DNA of 64,000 nt from Actinomycetota bacterium. GTDB taxonomy: Bacteria > Actinomycetota > Acidimicrobiia > Acidimicrobiales > AC-9. The position numbers and the translations under genes were made by a program. Location of the stretch: the NCBI GenBank assembly GCA_005888295.1, contig VAWP01000087.1:19461-83460 (forward strand), given 5' to 3'. Positions 60,982-64,000 of the stretch are shown in pieces (the stretch's first letter is position 1; each line of letters begins with the position of its first letter). The notes under the pieces are model-generated. The model was given only the letters and a program-made list of their open reading frames with translations, was not told the DNA's origin and did no database searches.

Positions 60982-62553
60982 ATGCTCGACGAACTCCCTC
61001 ACGAGGCGGCGAAGCGCTTCGGCGATGCTACCGCCTACGTCTCGGTCGCCGGATGGAGCCTCTCGTACCGCCAGCTCGACCGGCTCTCCGACGAGGCCGC
61101 CGCCGGGCTGGCCCGGCTGTCGATCGGCGCCGGCGACGTGGTGGCGCTGGCCATGCCCTCGCTCCCCGAGTACGTCGTCGCCTACCTCGCAGCAGCGAAG
61201 GTGGGCGCAGTCACGGCCGGCGTGAACGACCGTCTGTCCGAAAGGGAGCGCTCCGCCGTCCTGTCCGTCGCCCACCCCCGGCTGGTGCTCGCCACGCCGG
61301 GAGCCGTTCCCGACGGAGCGTCGCACGGCGCGGAGCTGGTGGAGGTCGACCCAGCCGACCACGCCGACGGCGTGCTGGCGGGCATCCGCAGGCGGGACGG
61401 GTCGCCGCCCCGGCTGCCCCCGGACCCCGACCGGGCGGTGGCGATCGTCTTCACGTCGGGAACGACGGGCACTCCCAAGGGCGCCGTGTTCGCCAACCGC
61501 CAGCTCCACGCCATCACCGCGGCCGACGTCGGCGACCGCTGGGGAGGCGGCGGCCGGACACTCGCGGGCACGTCGTTCGCCCACCTGGGCTTCATGACCA
61601 AGCTGCCGGGCAACCTCCGGTCGGGAGGCACCACGTACCTGGTCCACCGCTGGCACGCGGCTGAAGCGCTCGAGCTGACCGAGCGTCTCCGGCTCAACCA
61701 CATCGGCGGCATTCCGACCCAGGTCGCGCTCATGCTCCAGGTCCCGGGGTTCGACACCCGCGACCTGTCCAGCGTGCAGATGGTCGTCATGGGCGGCGGT
61801 CCGGCGACGCCGGCGCTGGTCCGCGCCGCCCGGGCCGGCTTTGCGGCGACGGTCTGTGTCCGCTACTCGTGCACGGAGGCGGGCATCGGCCTCGGCACCG
61901 GGCCTGACGACCCCGACGAGGACGCCGAGGTGAGCGTGGGCCGGGCTCGCCCGGGGATCGAGCTCACCGTGCGGGACGAGGAGGGCCGGGTCGTCGCGCC
62001 CGGGGAGGTGGGCGAGGTGTGCCTGCACTCCGCCGCGGTCATGGCCGGCTACCACCGCGATCCCGACGCCACCCGGGCCGCGTTCACCGACGACGGCGCC
62101 CTGCGCACCGGTGACCTCGGCTGGATCGACGACCGCCAGCGCCTGCGACTCGTCGGGCGGACCAAGGAGATGTACGTGCGCGGCGGCTACAACGTCTATC
62201 CCATGGAGGTGGAAGGCGTGCTGGCAGAGCACCCGGACGTGGCCGAGGTGGCGGTCGTCCCCCGCCCCGACCCGGTCATGGGGGAGATCGGGGTGGCCGT
62301 CGTCGTACCCCGCTCGCTCGGGGAGGGGCCCGCCCTCGAGGAGCTCCGGGCCTTCGCCGCTCCCCGGCTGGCCCGCTACAAGCTGCCGGAGCGTGTCGAG
62401 GTGGTCGACGCCCTGCCCCGGACGCCCATGGAGAAGGTGGACCGCTCCGCCCTCCACCGCAGCCTGGAGGCCGATGGGACCACGACGACGGCCGGCGGCG
62501 GGGATGGGGCCCCGCCCGGGGCGGCGAAGCCGCCAGAGACACAGCTATCCTGA
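60982..62553 (+). CDS. AMP-forming acyl-CoA synthetase (FadD-like)
   Basis: FTSGTTGTPKG, TGDLGWID, and PRTPMEKVDR near the C-terminus. Start is ATG 60982, or GTG 60961 as in the ORF track. Confidence 0.9.
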   Translation: MLDELPHEAAKRFGDATAYVSVAGWSLSYRQLDRLSDEAAAGLARLSIGAGDVVALAMPSLPEYVVAYLAAAKVGAVTAGVNDRLSERERSAVLSVAHPRLVLATPGAVPDGASHGAELVEVDPADHADGVLAGIRRRDGSPPRLPPDPDRAVAIVFTSGTTGTPKGAVFANRQLHAITAADVGDRWGGGGRTLAGTSFAHLGFMTKLPGNLRSGGTTYLVHRWHAAEALELTERLRLNHIGGIPTQVALMLQVPGFDTRDLSSVQMVVMGGGPATPALVRAARAGFAATVCVRYSCTEAGIGLGTGPDDPDEDAEVSVGRARPGIELTVRDEEGRVVAPGEVGEVCLHSAAVMAGYHRDPDATRAAFTDDGALRTGDLGWIDDRQRLRLVGRTKEMYVRGGYNVYPMEVEGVLAEHPDVAEVAVVPRPDPVMGEIGVAVVVPRSLGEGPALEELRAFAAPRLARYKLPERVEVVDALPRTPMEKVDRSALHRSLEADGTTTTAGGGDGAPPGAAKPPETQLS

Positions 62554-62564
62554 CGCAAGCGTCA
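62551..62564. promoter_or_regulatory. candidate TetR operator TGACGCAAGCGTCA (perfect palindrome)
   Basis: It begins at the ligase stop codon, 27 nt upstream of ATG 62591. A 2-nt centre is too small for a hairpin loop, which favours a protein-binding site. Confidence 0.45.
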
Positions 62565-62590
62565 GAGTTCCACGACGAGGGGAGACGGCG

Positions 62591-63781
62591 ATGCGCACGG
62601 AGGACCTCATCCTGGTCAGCGTCGACGACCACACCGTCGAGCCGCCGGACATGTTCGCCAACCACCTCCCGGCCAAATGGAAGGACCTGGCCCCGCGGAG
62701 CGTCAAGAAGCCCGACGGTACCGACGTGTGGGTCTACGAGGGCAACGAGATCCCCAACATCGGCCTCAACGCCGTGGCCGGCCGGCCGCCCGAGGAGTAC
62801 AACATCGAGCCCACGCGCTACGAGGAGCTCCGGGAGGGCACCTACAAGATCGACGAGCGGGTCAAGGACATGAACCGCAACGGCGTCCTCGGCTCGATGT
62901 GCTTTCCGTCCTTCGTCCAGTTCTGCGGGCAGCTGTTCTCCAAGTCCAAGGATCTCGACGTCGGCCTGGTCATGCTCAAGGCCTACAACGACTGGCACGT
63001 GGACGAGTGGTGCGGCAGTCATCCCGGGCGCTTCATCCCGCTCTCCATCCCGCCCATCTGGGATCCCGAGGAGATGGCGAAGGAGGTGCACCGCATGGCG
63101 GCCAAGGGCTGCCACGCCGTGACCTTCTCCGAAGACCCGGCCAAGCTCGGCTGGCCTCACATCTTCGGTGACCACTGGGACCCCTTCTTCGCCGCCTGCG
63201 AGGAGGAGGGCACGATCATCTGTCTGCACATCGGCTCGTCGTCGACGATCCTCGGGCTGGCTCCCGGCGCGCCGATCGACATCATGATCACCCTCACGCC
63301 GCTGAACGCCATGCACGCGGCGACCGACCTGCTGTGGTCACCGGTGCTGCGGCGGTTCCCAAACCTGCGCTTCGCGCTGTCCGAAGGCGGGATCGGCTGG
63401 TTGCCCTACTGGCTCGAGCGCATCGACTACTCCTACCAGCAGCACCGCTACTGGACCCATCAGGACTTCGGCGACGAGCTGCCCAGCCAGGTGGCCAAGG
63501 ACCGCTTCACCTTCTGCTTCATCAGCGACGCCGCCGGCCTCGAGACCAGGCACCTCATCGGGATCGACAAGCTCACGTGGGAGTGCGACTACCCACACTC
63601 CGACTCGACCTGGCCCCACTCCCCCGAGACGCTGATGAAGCAGCTGGCCGGCGTCCCCGACGACGAGATCGACAAGGTGACCCACCAGAACGCCATGAGG
63701 CTGTTCTCCTACGACCCGTTCGCCCATCGGCCCCGCGAGGCGTGCACAGTGGGTGCCCTCCGGGCCGAGGTGGGTGACTGA
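62591..63781 (+). CDS. amidohydrolase_2 (ACMSD/LigW-like) family protein
   Basis: ORF 62111..63781 from ATG 62591 after GAGGGGAG. Motifs: VSVDDHTVEPPDMF, AYNDWHVDEW and ECDYPHSDS. Confidence 0.85.
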   Translation: MRTEDLILVSVDDHTVEPPDMFANHLPAKWKDLAPRSVKKPDGTDVWVYEGNEIPNIGLNAVAGRPPEEYNIEPTRYEELREGTYKIDERVKDMNRNGVLGSMCFPSFVQFCGQLFSKSKDLDVGLVMLKAYNDWHVDEWCGSHPGRFIPLSIPPIWDPEEMAKEVHRMAAKGCHAVTFSEDPAKLGWPHIFGDHWDPFFAACEEEGTIICLHIGSSSTILGLAPGAPIDIMITLTPLNAMHAATDLLWSPVLRRFPNLRFALSEGGIGWLPYWLERIDYSYQQHRYWTHQDFGDELPSQVAKDRFTFCFISDAAGLETRHLIGIDKLTWECDYPHSDSTWPHSPETLMKQLAGVPDDEIDKVTHQNAMRLFSYDPFAHRPREACTVGALRAEVGD

Positions 63782-63827
63782 CGCGAGCTAACGTGACCCG
63801 ACCCTCGAGCGAACCACTGGAGCAGGC

Positions 63828-64000
63828 GTGACCGACGAGATCCTTGTCGACAACGGCAAGCGCACGATGACCCTGGACGAGCTCGGCATGACCCAGCCCG
63901 GGCTGGCGCGCATCATGCCCGAGGTCAGCATTCGCATCTGGAAGCTCTACTACGCCGGCAAGGCCCGCAACTGGCCGCTGGCTCGCTTCCAGCTCAAGGA
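63828..64000 (+). CDS. hypothetical protein, N-terminal fragment (runs off the right edge)
   Basis: GTG 63828 after GGAG. The translation VTDEILVDNGKRTMTLDELGMTQPGLARIMPEVSIRIWKLYYAGKARNWPLARFQLKE has coding-like third-position GC. I do not recognise a family. Confidence 0.5.
   Translation, partial: MTDEILVDNGKRTMTLDELGMTQPGLARIMPEVSIRIWKLYYAGKARNWPLARFQLK

Overview
High-GC (roughly 70% by eye), densely coding, actinobacterial-type chromosomal segment with many GTG starts and frequent 4-nt start/stop overlaps (GTGA/ATGA). I saw no rRNA, tRNA, CRISPR array, transposase, integrase, phage, toxin-antitoxin or defence-system hallmark, so I cannot honestly point to a novel system; the gene content looks like core and catabolic metabolism. 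Left part, about 1-36 kb: a GH20 / GNAT / NahK-like kinase operon facing a GH15 hydrolase; then an MBL hydrolase, transketolase, two ABC exporters, Lon, a class B PBP, gnd, ppgK, dtd, an aminotransferase and epimerase, succinate-semialdehyde-type dehydrogenase, a STAS protein, a CDF transporter and a 1429-aa P-type ATPase. Right part, about 36.8-64 kb: an acyl-CoA catabolic island with one TetR gene, holding 5 acyl-CoA dehydrogenases, 2 enoyl-CoA hydratases, 3 CoA-transferases, 2 thiolases, 2 MFE-2-type SDRs, a MaoC hydratase, an AMP-forming and an ADP-forming CoA ligase, 2 amidohydrolases, an LLM oxidoreductase, an SRPBCC protein and a cupin. Observations worth a second look: (1) at least six well-conserved genes each carry one internal lesion where a conserved block of about 12-25 residues is missing, usually with a frameshift; (2) a GC-rich palindromic REP-like element sits in tandem arrays at three loci; (3) a TGAC-N6-GTCA palindrome recurs in the promoter regions of the island and at the TetR gene, a candidate operator; (4) a 23-nt motif occurs three times, twice as an inverted pair between lon and the PBP gene and once as an orphan copy next to a strong hairpin; (5) the giant P-type ATPase carries a degenerate second ATPase-like module at its N-terminus. 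All functional calls rest on my reading of the translated motifs, since no database search was possible.
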